This document shows, piece by piece, positions 1 through 9,873 of a DNA stretch of 64,000 nucleotides. The notes beneath the pieces are model-generated. The model was not told the origin of the DNA. It worked only from the letters and a program-made list of their open reading frames with translations, and made no database searches. Position numbers and translations under genes: made by a program. The stretch comes from a virus. Every line of letters begins with the position of its first letter. Position 1 is the stretch's first letter. The DNA lies in the UHGV virus genome UHGV-0131811. One strand, given 5' to 3'.

Positions 1-174
1 TCTTGCAGCATCTTTCGCATTATCAAATGGTTCAGATTCTTCTGCTGTGAGTTTATTAACGTATTTATACTTTGCTTTCTCAACTACACAAGCACCTTTA
101 TAGGCAATGCTGTCAGAGTCAATAAAGACATGTGTAACTGAATCGGGAAGCTTTGTTAATGTGTACTTCTCCAT
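1..174 (-). CDS. Partial CDS (N-terminal 58 aa, runs off window edge); possible 5'-3' exonuclease / flap endonuclease
   Basis: ATG at 172-174 on minus strand, open to position 1; N-terminus MEKYTLTKLPDSVTHVFIDSDSIAYKGA resembles the Asp-rich start of 5' nucleases. Not in ORF track because truncated. Confidence 0.35.
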   Translation of the reverse strand, partial: MEKYTLTKLPDSVTHVFIDSDSIAYKGACVVEKAKYKYVNKLTAEESEPFDNAKDAAR

Positions 175-185
175 TATGGCTCTCC

Positions 186-215
186 ATATGAAAAAGCCCC
201 ATACTAAGTACAGGG
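186..215 (-). terminator. Hairpin plus T-run after the 237..1094 gene
   Basis: Minus-strand sense AAGCCCTGTACTTAGTATGGGGCTTTTT: GC stem followed by U-run. Confidence 0.4.
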
Positions 216-236
216 CTTTAAAGTAACTTTTAGAGA

Positions 237-1094
237 TTAGTCTTCTGTATCGAAGTCTTCATCTTCTTCGTCATCTGGGTCTGGCAAGTCTTCATCGTCA
301 CCATCATCAGAATCATTCGAAGATTTATGGTCTGTTGCGTCTTCTTCAGTGATTTCACCGTTATCTTCGACACCATCAAGACCAAGCATAGCCAGTTCAT
401 CTTCATCCAGTTCAGGTTCACCGTTAGCACCGTTACCACCAGTGTAAGGTACAAGAGTATCAATGATAAACTGTTCCTGAATAGGCTTTGTCAAGACATT
501 GTTCTCAAAAGTGTAGAAGTGAGTAGAAAGAATCACACTACCAAAAGAACCGTTACCAACTGCAATATCTGGATGAATTACATCATAGTTCTTATCATCT
601 TCATGTTTGTCAGATGCTTGAGCTTTGATTTTCTTCATCGGCTGCTTAACAGCTACACGCTTACCATTTACTTCTTCAATCAGCATTACAGGGAATGACT
701 GTTTAGCTGTCCACACAGCACCATCCTTATAAGCTGCTGCACGACTTACTTTCAAGATGTAGTAAGTGTCTGCTTCAAAAGGTGGTTTGCAACCAAACTT
801 CTCTTCGAAGTCGTCTGCATCAACTGCTTCAGTAGTAACTTTATCCCAACCTTCTGGGTTTTTCTTAGACTTAGTAAACTCTTTAAACAGTTTGTTACCA
901 TCTTCTGCCAGAATTGAAACGCTGTAGTTACAATCTTTTCCTGGGAATTTCTTATCAATAGACTTACCTTTTCCCGGACGTGGTGAAGTATTCAGGTAAT
1001 AAAACCAGACATCTTTCAGCAGGTAACGCAGAGTTTGACGTTCAGTACCATTGTACTTCTCTACCGGAGCTTTCATTTTAACAACTTTAGACAT
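237..1094 (-). CDS. Putative ssDNA-binding protein with acidic C-terminal tail
   Basis: 285 aa; last ~50 aa almost entirely D/E ending EDEDFDTED, as in phage SSBs (T7 gp2.5 / T4 gp32 style); sits in replication cluster. Assignment by analogy only. Confidence 0.35.
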   Translation of the reverse strand: MSKVVKMKAPVEKYNGTERQTLRYLLKDVWFYYLNTSPRPGKGKSIDKKFPGKDCNYSVSILAEDGNKLFKEFTKSKKNPEGWDKVTTEAVDADDFEEKFGCKPPFEADTYYILKVSRAAAYKDGAVWTAKQSFPVMLIEEVNGKRVAVKQPMKKIKAQASDKHEDDKNYDVIHPDIAVGNGSFGSVILSTHFYTFENNVLTKPIQEQFIIDTLVPYTGGNGANGEPELDEDELAMLGLDGVEDNGEITEEDATDHKSSNDSDDGDDEDLPDPDDEEDEDFDTED

Positions 1095-1166
1095 TATTTA
1101 AACCTCTATCTCAATTTATGAAGAGTACCAATTCTAATTTGTTGATACTCTATTGTCAAACATTAA

Positions 1167-1316
1167 TTACTGGAAGTTGTGCTTATCTTTAGAAGCTGCT
1201 TTACGTGCAGTTTTTCCAGTTCTTACACGTTTTTCTTCATAGTATTTTGCTGGTTTTCCAGCAGTGGCTTTTAAAGAGTCCCCAAAAACTTTTTCAAATG
1301 CTTTAGAGTGTTTCAT
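1167..1316 (-). CDS. Small basic protein (49 aa), hypothetical
   Basis: ATG overlaps stop of upstream ORF (ATGA coupling at 1313-1316); Lys/Arg-rich MKHSKAFEKVFGDSLKATAGKPAKYYEEKRVRTGKTARKAASKDKHNFQ. Below ORF-track length cutoff. Confidence 0.25.
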   Translation of the reverse strand: MKHSKAFEKVFGDSLKATAGKPAKYYEEKRVRTGKTARKAASKDKHNFQ

Positions 1317-1606
1317 GATATTCTCCGATATACTTGATATTCAAACACATTTTCTTTCATTATAAACAGCCAACCAATATTATGTTCAGGTATAGTAATA
1401 GTGACTGTGATAATACTGTGATGGAACTTTTCTTCTACCTCAACACCCCCATCACATTTCATGTAGAGCATTCTATAGAACCTATCAATCTTTGTCAAAC
1501 ACTCTTCCTGAAATTTATTTAAACTTTTTTCTTCAAAGAAGGGTGTGAACCCCTCTCTTTTATAACTATCACTCAGTTTCAAACGGGCAGTCATCTGCAT
1601 CCTCAC
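1313..1606 (-). CDS. Hypothetical protein
   Basis: 97 aa ORF, co-oriented and nearly abutting primase-helicase gene. Confidence 0.35.
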   Translation of the reverse strand: MRMQMTARLKLSDSYKREGFTPFFEEKSLNKFQEECLTKIDRFYRMLYMKCDGGVEVEEKFHHSIITVTITIPEHNIGWLFIMKENVFEYQVYRRIS

Positions 1607-3560
1607 TTAATACAGGTGGAATCGTTGAGCTTTGACGTTGTTCTTCAGTATAGACTCCACCAGTCTCACGGTCAAACACTTCATCCTCATAATGTGGCAA
1701 AGAGTCATCGTAATGGTCTTCAGCCTCACCAATACCAAACTGTTGACGGATATTTTCTGCTGCACCATCAATGTCAACTCCACAACCAGATGCTTTAATG
1801 AGACGCCCTGTATCTGGATTGTACCAAGTATGACCAGCAATACCCGTTGACTTACCGTGACGACGACATTTAGTTAACTTGATTTTTGTCAAGTTTTTCT
1901 TAACAGGGTCTGGGTCAACCTTGTTACGCATTAACAAAATATTATTCATGGAAATCTGGAAATACGCACCAGAACCCTTGATATCCTCTTCAGAGATATC
2001 CCCACCTTCAGAGTTAGCTTTCTGACCACCTGCACTCTTACGAACGTGACATACGTTTACCTGCGCATACTGGTAGCGTTTGCAACGACGCAATAGCTCA
2101 GACAAAACTTCCTCTTCATCCGTATCTGAACGTGACAGAGCTAACGTGATAGGGTCAAGAATAATAATCTTACAGTCTAAACTGTTAACAAGATAGTCAA
2201 CAAATTCCAGCAGGTTATCTTGGTCAATTGCACCTTGATGGTCTACGATGTGGATACGACGACCTTTAGATAGCTCTGCATGTGCTTCCTTCAATTCATC
2301 CCAATCACGTTCGTCATAAGGAATCTCAGAAATCTGCTTGCTGAGGTGGATTGCACAGAGCATCTCCATCAACTCTTCATAGGTATCTTCGACCGGAATT
2401 ACACCAATATTGTAATCGGTATCTTTCCAAGCAGTATAAATCATTTCACGAGTGTATGCTGATTTACCCACTGAAGATGGTGCTGCCAGAGTTGTAATCT
2501 CACCTAAACCATAACCGCCATAAGTCAGCCTGTTCAAATCTCCGAAAGATTCTGGGAAAGGAATCAATGGAATCTGACCACGATTCTTCATTGCCTCAAA
2601 ACCATCTGCGAAGTTCTTGATACCAGCAGGGCAGTAACGGGGCGCATTGTAGATACGCTGCTTAAACCCTTCAAGAACTGTGTCTTTCTCTTTATAGAAC
2701 TTTGTCCACCATTCGTTAAGGTCTTTTACACCTTCTGGATACTGGAATAAACGAACCTTCTCAATAGGTAGGATACCAGCAGCCTCTTTGGTAGCTTTAG
2801 CACCTGCTTCATCGTTATCAAAGCACAAGTAAATTTCATCAAATGATGTAATGTACTGATAGTTATCTTTGATAGACTTAATGTTTGCACCTGACGGAAC
2901 AGATACGTGACAGTAATTCTTACGACGAGACTTATCTTTAATCGCCAAAGAAGTCATGTAGATTGCTGTCGCACATTCCATCTCACCTTCCCAGATGAAT
3001 AGACGGTTACCACCTTCTGGAGCAATCCATGAGCCGAACATTGCCAGTTCACCTTTAATGTCTCCAACACCACCAGAAAAGTCTTTTAGCTTACCACGTA
3101 GGTGCTCTTTTGGATGGTCTTCTGGGTAACGGTGACGAACACGGTAGCCAACATGTTCTAGCTTACCATCTTCATTACGTTTGTAAGTTGGATAGAAGTG
3201 CGCATCAATTTCACCGTCACTGTCAATGTCAACCTTGATACCTAAGCGTTCAAGGACTTTTGCAGGAATCTTCCTGTCTTTCAAGTCCATTGCTTCTAGG
3301 TTTTCTTTTACATCGTCTAAATCCATTCCACGGAAAGTACGGTTTTTATTGTCTGAACCAGTAGAATAAGTGCTCACGATTTGTCCTTTATCAAAATCCC
3401 ACTCTGGGAAACCTTTGTTACAACTAAAGCAAGTCATCGAATAAGAATCATCGTCATGATGATAGATTGAACCAGCATCTGATGAACCACAACGTGGACA
3501 TGCACAATGACCAATAAACTGACCAGCCTCTTTCAATTTACGACCTTTAGACATTAGCAC
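1569..3560 (-). CDS. DNA primase-helicase (zinc-ribbon primase N-term, DnaB-like helicase C-term)
   Basis: 663 aa; CPRCGSSD...CFSCNKG zinc-binding motif near N-terminus; Walker A LAAPSSVGKSAY; T7 gp4-like architecture. Confidence 0.8.
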   Translation of the reverse strand: MLMSKGRKLKEAGQFIGHCACPRCGSSDAGSIYHHDDDSYSMTCFSCNKGFPEWDFDKGQIVSTYSTGSDNKNRTFRGMDLDDVKENLEAMDLKDRKIPAKVLERLGIKVDIDSDGEIDAHFYPTYKRNEDGKLEHVGYRVRHRYPEDHPKEHLRGKLKDFSGGVGDIKGELAMFGSWIAPEGGNRLFIWEGEMECATAIYMTSLAIKDKSRRKNYCHVSVPSGANIKSIKDNYQYITSFDEIYLCFDNDEAGAKATKEAAGILPIEKVRLFQYPEGVKDLNEWWTKFYKEKDTVLEGFKQRIYNAPRYCPAGIKNFADGFEAMKNRGQIPLIPFPESFGDLNRLTYGGYGLGEITTLAAPSSVGKSAYTREMIYTAWKDTDYNIGVIPVEDTYEELMEMLCAIHLSKQISEIPYDERDWDELKEAHAELSKGRRIHIVDHQGAIDQDNLLEFVDYLVNSLDCKIIILDPITLALSRSDTDEEEVLSELLRRCKRYQYAQVNVCHVRKSAGGQKANSEGGDISEEDIKGSGAYFQISMNNILLMRNKVDPDPVKKNLTKIKLTKCRRHGKSTGIAGHTWYNPDTGRLIKASGCGVDIDGAAENIRQQFGIGEAEDHYDDSLPHYEDEVFDRETGGVYTEEQRQSSTIPPVLSEDADDCPFETE

Positions 3561-3747
3561 CTCTTCGTTGTAGTTCTGCCTTCAATCCATTTTCAATCTT
3601 GTCCAGTTCATGAATTTCATCTGCAATCTCTTTCCTTCGTGATTCAACTCTCTTAAGACGTTCAATCATTACCTCATTGGAAAGAGATGAGAGTTCCACT
3701 AAACGGTGGTCAATAACTTTAAAATTGTCTTTTACTCTCATCTTCAT
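3547..3747 (-). CDS. Hypothetical small coiled-coil protein
   Basis: 66 aa, charged heptad-like sequence; same strand as neighbours. Confidence 0.3.
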   Translation of the reverse strand: MKMRVKDNFKVIDHRLVELSSLSNEVMIERLKRVESRRKEIADEIHELDKIENGLKAELQRRGANV

Positions 3748-3755
3748 TCTCTCTT

Positions 3756-4499
3756 TTAAACTTTAATGATGGCTCTTAGCTTGTTCTCAAGGTCTGCAAG
3801 AGTACCATTATTATGAATAATGTCACGCTCATATTTTGTAGAAATCCCATTTTCTGAAACATGTGATGAAACTTTGTCCACATTGTCTCTTTTTACTTCA
3901 ATAGTTTGGTGTGCAAATCTACTCAGCCATTCAGCTTCAGAGTCAAATCTTAAATCACTGATTAAGACAAAACCATATTGATTTCTAAGTGAGCACATTT
4001 CATGGAATCTAACCATTCTTTTTTCAAGGTCTTTAGACCAGAACTTGTCGCCCATTACTTTACGGACAACTTCAGTACCCCAAATCTGTTGAATTTGTCT
4101 TGATGAGAATTTATACTTTTTACTAAATCCCAGACGTGTTAATAGGGTAGGTTTAGCAACCTTCTTAAGCTCCATGATTAATCGTCCGGTTAACTCTGAC
4201 ATAAGCTTGAAGTCCATATGGTAACGTTCATCTCTGAAGGTGAACTCCATAGCTTCCGTAACTTTAAACATCAGTTCAGGATATGATAAGTCAAAAACCT
4301 GTGGAGTCTCTTTAGTTTCACCGTACAGGTCATTCCAAGTCAAGTCAAATATCTTTGATGCAGATAGTTTAAGGTTGTCTGCAAAGGCCATTACTTCAAC
4401 ATTGTAGCCATACTCATCCTCTAAAATGTTCTTCACAATAGAACATGAGGTGTCTTTTCCAGAACGTGCCTTTCCAGTAAAGGCGATAATATTACTCAT
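3756..4499 (-). CDS. Deoxynucleoside monophosphate kinase
   Basis: 247 aa; N-terminal P-loop IIAFTGKARSGKDT typical of phage dNMP kinases. Confidence 0.6.
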   Translation of the reverse strand: MSNIIAFTGKARSGKDTSCSIVKNILEDEYGYNVEVMAFADNLKLSASKIFDLTWNDLYGETKETPQVFDLSYPELMFKVTEAMEFTFRDERYHMDFKLMSELTGRLIMELKKVAKPTLLTRLGFSKKYKFSSRQIQQIWGTEVVRKVMGDKFWSKDLEKRMVRFHEMCSLRNQYGFVLISDLRFDSEAEWLSRFAHQTIEVKRDNVDKVSSHVSENGISTKYERDIIHNNGTLADLENKLRAIIKV

Positions 4500-4560
4500 T
4501 TTATCTCCATTAATTACTAAAAAGCCCCCAACTAAGGAGGCTTGTAAGATTTATAAAGAC

Positions 4561-5361
4561 TTAGTGCAGTTGCTCAGCAGACTCTTTTTCAGCCATAGCT
4601 GAGATTTGCTTCACAAAATCATCACCGAAGTTAATGCGTAGTTTCTCTTCAATGATTGAAGCACCGATGTTCACCAAAACATCATTGATTGCTTGCATAC
4701 TAACGCCACCAGTCATCTCTTCAATGAACTCAATACTTACACCCATCATCTGTGAAAGTTGGATTAGTGCAACGATATTCATCATCGTAGAGATAGCTGG
4801 AATCATCAGTGCAACTTTCACCTGAAGAGGTTCTATATCAGCTACAGAGTCATTTTCAACAGCTTCTTCCAAAGACTCTTTAGTTTGCTGGATAATTTCT
4901 TTGATTCGTGGGCTTAACTCTTCTACGCCCCAATCAAGTTTTTCATATCGTGAAAGTTTCTCTTCCATGCGCTTCTCAAGAACTGCCATAACAGCACTTG
5001 TTGATGAGATTAGTGTGTCAATAAGGAAATCAGTATCCTTAGTCAGCAATAGTTCCTTTTCTTCATCTGACATCCTGATATAGTCATTCTTTTGCATTTC
5101 ATAAAAAATGAACTCTGCAAGCGCATCAACACCGACTGCAATAGATGCAAGGGCAAGTGTAGTATCTGACAACATCATATTAACCTGCTCTGCAAAAGCA
5201 CCGTTATCAGTTTTATCTTCAGGCAAGTTATAGCTTTTTGGCATAAACTGTTCTGTATAGTTATTTCCACGAAGAATCATAGCCATGCTTTCTACAGCAT
5301 TGATTAAAAATGCTTCATCAATACCTTTTTCTTTAAGCATTTGGTCTACAGTAGTATTCAT
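4561..5361 (-). CDS. Hypothetical protein
   Basis: 266 aa ORF in replication cluster; no motif recognised. Confidence 0.45.
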   Translation of the reverse strand: MNTTVDQMLKEKGIDEAFLINAVESMAMILRGNNYTEQFMPKSYNLPEDKTDNGAFAEQVNMMLSDTTLALASIAVGVDALAEFIFYEMQKNDYIRMSDEEKELLLTKDTDFLIDTLISSTSAVMAVLEKRMEEKLSRYEKLDWGVEELSPRIKEIIQQTKESLEEAVENDSVADIEPLQVKVALMIPAISTMMNIVALIQLSQMMGVSIEFIEEMTGGVSMQAINDVLVNIGASIIEEKLRINFGDDFVKQISAMAEKESAEQLH

Positions 5362-5362
5362 A

Positions 5363-5785
5363 TTATTTCTCTCTCAGTTGGTTAAGTTTCTTTCTAGAGC
5401 ATTTTAAGTTTTCAGATGAAGAAAAGTCAAGTGTCTTTTCAGAACGTGGATAGTAATGCCTGTCCCAAGAAGTTTCAACATCGTTAATCAGTGATGCTAG
5501 ATTACACAGGTCTGTACCACTTTGCAACCTCTTTTTAAGAGAATCTAGTAAAGCAACTGTATCTTTAGCTTTACGTCTAGCTATAGCAACATCTTTCATG
5601 TGCTCGAACACAGAGCATTTTAAGTCATCTTCATAGTCTTCTGATAACTCTATTTCATGTTGTATATCAACCATTCTCCTGTGATGGTGAGCATATTCCC
5701 GTTGAGCAGCAATGTCAAGTTCTTCCAACTTCTGCAAAGCTCTAACAAAGTCAGCTATGTCTGGGTGAACAAACATTTTCTGCAT
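5363..5785 (-). CDS. Hypothetical protein
   Basis: 140 aa ORF, abuts downstream gene. Confidence 0.4.
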   Translation of the reverse strand: MQKMFVHPDIADFVRALQKLEELDIAAQREYAHHHRRMVDIQHEIELSEDYEDDLKCSVFEHMKDVAIARRKAKDTVALLDSLKKRLQSGTDLCNLASLINDVETSWDRHYYPRSEKTLDFSSSENLKCSRKKLNQLREK

Positions 5786-5789
5786 GTAA

Positions 5790-6010
5790 GCCTCTTTTAA
5801 GTAACTATTAAGTTTTAATCTTTTATCTTAACGTATTCTATACGTTATACTTTAAAGCTTTTTAAAAGCTATTAAATAATCTTTTAAGAGCTTTAAAGTA
5901 TCTGTATAGTTAAACTGTTAAGTAACCTTTTAAGTAAAAACCCACTTCGCAAAGATTAACACCTTGTCAAGTACATTGTCAACTTGCTTTTTATAATTTT
6001 TTGCAGTAAT
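5790..6010. promoter_or_regulatory. Divergent intergenic control region with CTTTTAAG repeats and a TTGTCAAGTACATTGTCAAC motif
   Basis: Lies between diverging gene sets; several CTTTTAAG copies; TTGTCAAGTACATTGTCAAC...TATAAT at 5960-5990; near-identical motif recurs at 49190-49215. Confidence 0.45.
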
Positions 6011-6042
6011 GTATGAGGTTAATGATTTTAGAGGGAGTAAAA

Positions 6043-8742
6043 ATGGAAAACGTAGATTTTAAAAACTTACATTTAGTTGGTGATACAGAAACTGATGGTT
6101 TACTCCTTGAGTTCACTAAAGTTCACGTAATGGCTTTCGCAGACTACAAATCTGACGACGAAGAACCACCAGTATGGGTCTTTACTGATGAGCCTATTCT
6201 CGGTCACAAGTACACTAAGTACATCAAGGGTGGATTACGTGAAGGTATTGAGTTTGCGTTGAAGGCAAAACGACTTTGTATCCATAATGGTCTCGGTTAT
6301 GACTGGTGGGTTTTCAATCACATTGCACCGGATTTATGGAACTTTGATAACCCAAAATGTAAGCCGTGGAGTAATTTCTTTCAGGACTCTCTTATCCAGT
6401 CTCGTGTTCAGTGGATGGATAGACCAACTCCAAAGGGTTATAAAGGTGCTCATGGTTTGGCTGCATGGGGTGCTCGTGTTGGTGTTCGTAAGCCAGAGAT
6501 TGAACATTGGGGTGTGTGGAATGCAGAAATCTTCACTCGTGTTGTAGAAGATATCCGTATTAACGCCAAAACTAAACGGGCACTTGATAACGAGTTTCTC
6601 AAGCTTAAGAAGTGTGGTATAGACACTTATGAAACCTACATGCGAGCTAAAGAAACATCTTTCTGGATGAGTCAACAGGCTATCAATGGTTGGAAAGCTG
6701 ATAAAGAGCTTATGGAGTTCCATGTAAAGGAGCTTGACAAATTGACTAATGAACTTGCTTCAGAGGTTGAACCACATCTACCTCCAACTATTAAGACCAA
6801 AGGTAAAGTCACTGGAGAAGAGTTTGCAAAAGCTTGGAATGAGTATGTTGAAACATTCGGTCATGCAGATGGACTGAAGAGAATTACCAAGTACCCTAAA
6901 ACAAAGTATCGTCAGCAGGTACGTAACGGTGAGATGCAGACTTATGAAATCAAACCATTTGGTAAGCCAACTACAAAGATTTTTAACATTGAAAAGAGAA
7001 ATTGCTATACACCAACCAACTCTGTAACTGGTGAAGAGTACAAGGAAGGCTTTGTAGCAATGAAGGATGCTCGTGCAATTTGCAATGAGTTGAATGCAAA
7101 GATTGGTAAGAAATGCAAAGACTGGAAGCCAGTAAAAACAGTCAAAACTGTGAAGTACTATAACAGCCACGTTGTTAACCACTTTGAACTTGAGTCAAGT
7201 CGCTACACAGGATTGATTGATGCACCATATACACCAATTGAGTTTGAAGTTTCTCGTATGACTCAGGTAGCAGTTGTAAAAGACTACTTGAAATCAGTTG
7301 GTTGGATTCCAGATGACTGGAACTACAAGAAAGACTCAGACGGTCGCCCTGTCAAAGTTTGTCGTTTCAAAGACAATAAAAAGATGATTACAAAACATCC
7401 TAAGTGGCAGGAGATGGTAGAACGGTGTGGATTGAGTTATGTCGAGCATGAAGGCGTCCAGTACATCGAGCATAACTGGTCTGTGAAGAAGTACACAGAT
7501 TTGCTTGAACCTTGCTTAATCCGTACTTCACCAAAACTTACGGAATCATCTTATGATACGATTGAAGGTGAGCTTGGACAGAAGATTGCTAAGTACTATA
7601 CTTTGATGCACAGACGCAGAACTATTGAGAACTCAAAGGATGATGAAAAAGGTTGGTTGAACCAGATTCGTCCTGATGGTCGCCTTAGTGCTGGCGCAAT
7701 GGTGTTTGGTACTTCAACTGGACGTATGACACAATATGGTATTGTAAACGTACCGTCTGGTGCTGCTGTCTATGGGGAACCAATGAGGGCAGTGTGGATT
7801 TGCGAGGAAGGTACTAACGTTGTCTCTGTAGATATGAACTCAGCCCAGCTAGTTCTTCTTTGTAACTTTATGGGTGATAAAGAGTTCACCAAAGCGGTAA
7901 CGCAAGGTAAAGAAGAGATTGAGTTTATTCGTCAAGAAGATGGACGCTATTACTGCAAACATTTTGATGAGTACCTCAACCCAGAGATTGATAAGTACCT
8001 TCGCTATGACTCTGAGAATGACCTGTACGTTGTCTATTCAGGGACTGATGCACATACACTGAACAGTATTTACTTTAGCTTGAATGATGAGCAGGACATC
8101 TTGACTTGTCGAGCTACTCAGGATGAGAATCTTCTTCATGAGATTAGTAAAGGTCGTAAGAAAGCTAAGAATGGTATCTATGCACTGCTGTTCGGTGCAG
8201 GGGATGAGAAGTTTGCTAAGACGATTAAAGCTGCAACTACTCAGGAAGGTGCACTGACTAAACAAACTTACTTTATTCGTTTGCCTAAAATTAAGAAGCT
8301 ACTAGATGACTTGGAAGCTGACTACAAAGCAACTAAAAAGGCACTTGAAGAGGTGTTTGGTAAGACTGCTGCAATCTCTAAAGGGGGTTTTGTAAAGGTT
8401 GCTGGAGCTTGGTTGTGGTGTAAATCTCCACATAAGTTATTGAATTATTTGCTCATGGGTTCAGAGGCTCAGATTCAAAATGAGGCAATTAACCTTGCTT
8501 GTAGAAGAGCATGTGAAGAAGGATTGACAAAATTAAATGGACGAAAACCAGCAATTGGTGCTAGGCTTTTGCTGGCATACCACGATGAAAACAGTTGGGA
8601 ATGCCCAGAAAGTATGACTCAAGAAGTTAAAGCCATAACTGACTGGATGTATGGTCAGGCATCTAAGAATTTAGGTTTGAAGAGTGAGACGCTTGTAACT
8701 GGCACAGGTAAGGTTGGTAAGAGCTGGTTGGAAGTACATTGA
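6043..8742 (+). CDS. DNA polymerase, family A (Pol I-like) with 3'-5' exonuclease domain
   Basis: Exo I motif DTETDGL; motif A VSVDMNSAQL; motif B RKKAKNGIYALLFGAG; motif C AYHDEN. Start moved to ATG 6043 behind RBS AGGGAG; track start is 6013. Confidence 0.85.
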   Translation: MENVDFKNLHLVGDTETDGLLLEFTKVHVMAFADYKSDDEEPPVWVFTDEPILGHKYTKYIKGGLREGIEFALKAKRLCIHNGLGYDWWVFNHIAPDLWNFDNPKCKPWSNFFQDSLIQSRVQWMDRPTPKGYKGAHGLAAWGARVGVRKPEIEHWGVWNAEIFTRVVEDIRINAKTKRALDNEFLKLKKCGIDTYETYMRAKETSFWMSQQAINGWKADKELMEFHVKELDKLTNELASEVEPHLPPTIKTKGKVTGEEFAKAWNEYVETFGHADGLKRITKYPKTKYRQQVRNGEMQTYEIKPFGKPTTKIFNIEKRNCYTPTNSVTGEEYKEGFVAMKDARAICNELNAKIGKKCKDWKPVKTVKTVKYYNSHVVNHFELESSRYTGLIDAPYTPIEFEVSRMTQVAVVKDYLKSVGWIPDDWNYKKDSDGRPVKVCRFKDNKKMITKHPKWQEMVERCGLSYVEHEGVQYIEHNWSVKKYTDLLEPCLIRTSPKLTESSYDTIEGELGQKIAKYYTLMHRRRTIENSKDDEKGWLNQIRPDGRLSAGAMVFGTSTGRMTQYGIVNVPSGAAVYGEPMRAVWICEEGTNVVSVDMNSAQLVLLCNFMGDKEFTKAVTQGKEEIEFIRQEDGRYYCKHFDEYLNPEIDKYLRYDSENDLYVVYSGTDAHTLNSIYFSLNDEQDILTCRATQDENLLHEISKGRKKAKNGIYALLFGAGDEKFAKTIKAATTQEGALTKQTYFIRLPKIKKLLDDLEADYKATKKALEEVFGKTAAISKGGFVKVAGAWLWCKSPHKLLNYLLMGSEAQIQNEAINLACRRACEEGLTKLNGRKPAIGARLLLAYHDENSWECPESMTQEVKAITDWMYGQASKNLGLKSETLVTGTGKVGKSWLEVH

Positions 8743-8752
8743 TGGTGTTGAA

Positions 8753-9265
8753 ATGATTACAGAAATTCGTCTTAAGGAGCTATTGGACTACGACCCCGAA
8801 ACAGGGGTCTTTACTTGGAAGTTTAGAGAAGGTAATGCAAACTTTAACTCTAGATTTGGAGGTAAGAGGGCTGGAAACTACAGAACAAATACTGATGGAC
8901 ACAAGTCAGTTCAGTTGCTGATTGATGGAAGGGGTTACCAAGCAAATCGTTTAGTTATCTTGTATATGGATGGATATCTACCTGATAAAACCTTACAGGT
9001 TGACCATAAGAATGGGGACGGTTGGGGCAATAGGTACTTGAATTTAAGGGTTTGTACAGCTTCACAAAACTCTTGCAATCGGTCAAGAGAGTCCCCATCT
9101 GGGTTGCCAAAAGGTGTACAGAAGATAAGTAAAAGGTTTCGAGCAATGATACGTTTACAAGGTAAAAACTATCATCTTGGTATGTTTGACACACCAGAAG
9201 AAGCCCATAAAGCTTACTGTGAAGCTGCTATTAAACTCCACGGAGAATTTGCAAAACTAAGTTGA
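8753..9265 (+). CDS. HNH homing endonuclease with AP2-type DNA-binding domain
   Basis: HNH core DHKNGDGWGNRYLNLRVCTASQN; C-terminal KISKRFRAMIRLQGKNYHLGMFDTPEEAHKAY is AP2-like. Track ORF (8714) overlaps polymerase 3' end; I use the internal Met. Confidence 0.65.
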   Translation: MITEIRLKELLDYDPETGVFTWKFREGNANFNSRFGGKRAGNYRTNTDGHKSVQLLIDGRGYQANRLVILYMDGYLPDKTLQVDHKNGDGWGNRYLNLRVCTASQNSCNRSRESPSGLPKGVQKISKRFRAMIRLQGKNYHLGMFDTPEEAHKAYCEAAIKLHGEFAKLS

Positions 9266-9316
9266 CAAGGTGCTCATGGAAGAGTACCATATACAATATC
9301 TTATATAGGAGGGCTT

Positions 9317-9526
9317 ATGAGCCATCGTGGAAGAACCCATGCAGCAATGATGAAAGGTGCTTCAAAGGAAACTATCAAGAACCGTAAGCAGAAGTTGTTT
9401 GAGAGAATGAATAGACTCATTGATAACACTTCCCTGTCTGGTGGTGAGAAAGTTTTCCTTAAAAGTAGCCTTAAAAGCATTGCACAAGAACTTGTAGATA
9501 TTGAATATTGGAGACATCAAAAATGA
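9317..9526 (+). CDS. Hypothetical protein
   Basis: 69 aa basic ORF after promoter-like TTGACA...TATACAAT at 9262-9295. Confidence 0.4.
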   Translation: MSHRGRTHAAMMKGASKETIKNRKQKLFERMNRLIDNTSLSGGEKVFLKSSLKSIAQELVDIEYWRHQK

Positions 9527-9741
9527 CACTTGCAGACGTTATTCAGCAACTTCATGATAACTGCTACACTCCAGATTTAATTCAGGAGATGTCCATTGTA
9601 GTCATGCCTAGCAAGTTCGTAAAAACCTTTAACAACGACGCTTTAAGGTCTACACACATCCTTATCGTTGACGGTAAGATTGCAAAAGACCGTACTGGAG
9701 TACTCAAAGGTGAACGTGTTGATATTCTGGAGTTGCTATGA
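9523..9741 (+). CDS. Hypothetical protein
   Basis: ATG 9523 (MTLADVIQQ...) overlaps upstream stop; track start 9508 is a TTG. Confidence 0.4.
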   Translation: MTLADVIQQLHDNCYTPDLIQEMSIVVMPSKFVKTFNNDALRSTHILIVDGKIAKDRTGVLKGERVDILELL

Positions 9742-9873
9742 AGAAAATGTACAGTCTCTGGGGAAGGGTTGGTAAAGGTTTTGACTGGACACTTCTTCGT
9801 TCAAACGTTAAACGTAGTGACTTACCAGAACTCATCACTCACTATTTAAAAACATACAGAGAGGTAGACTATC

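Noticed and set aside
327-698. 123-aa plus-strand ORF
   Set aside because: Fully antisense within the 237..1094 gene; the acidic-tail protein on the minus strand is the more convincing reading.
6287-7182. ORFs 6287..6547 (+), 6334..6723 (-) and 6778..7182 (-) inside the DNA polymerase gene
   Set aside because: Alternative-frame or antisense ORFs nested in a gene with strong family A polymerase motifs.
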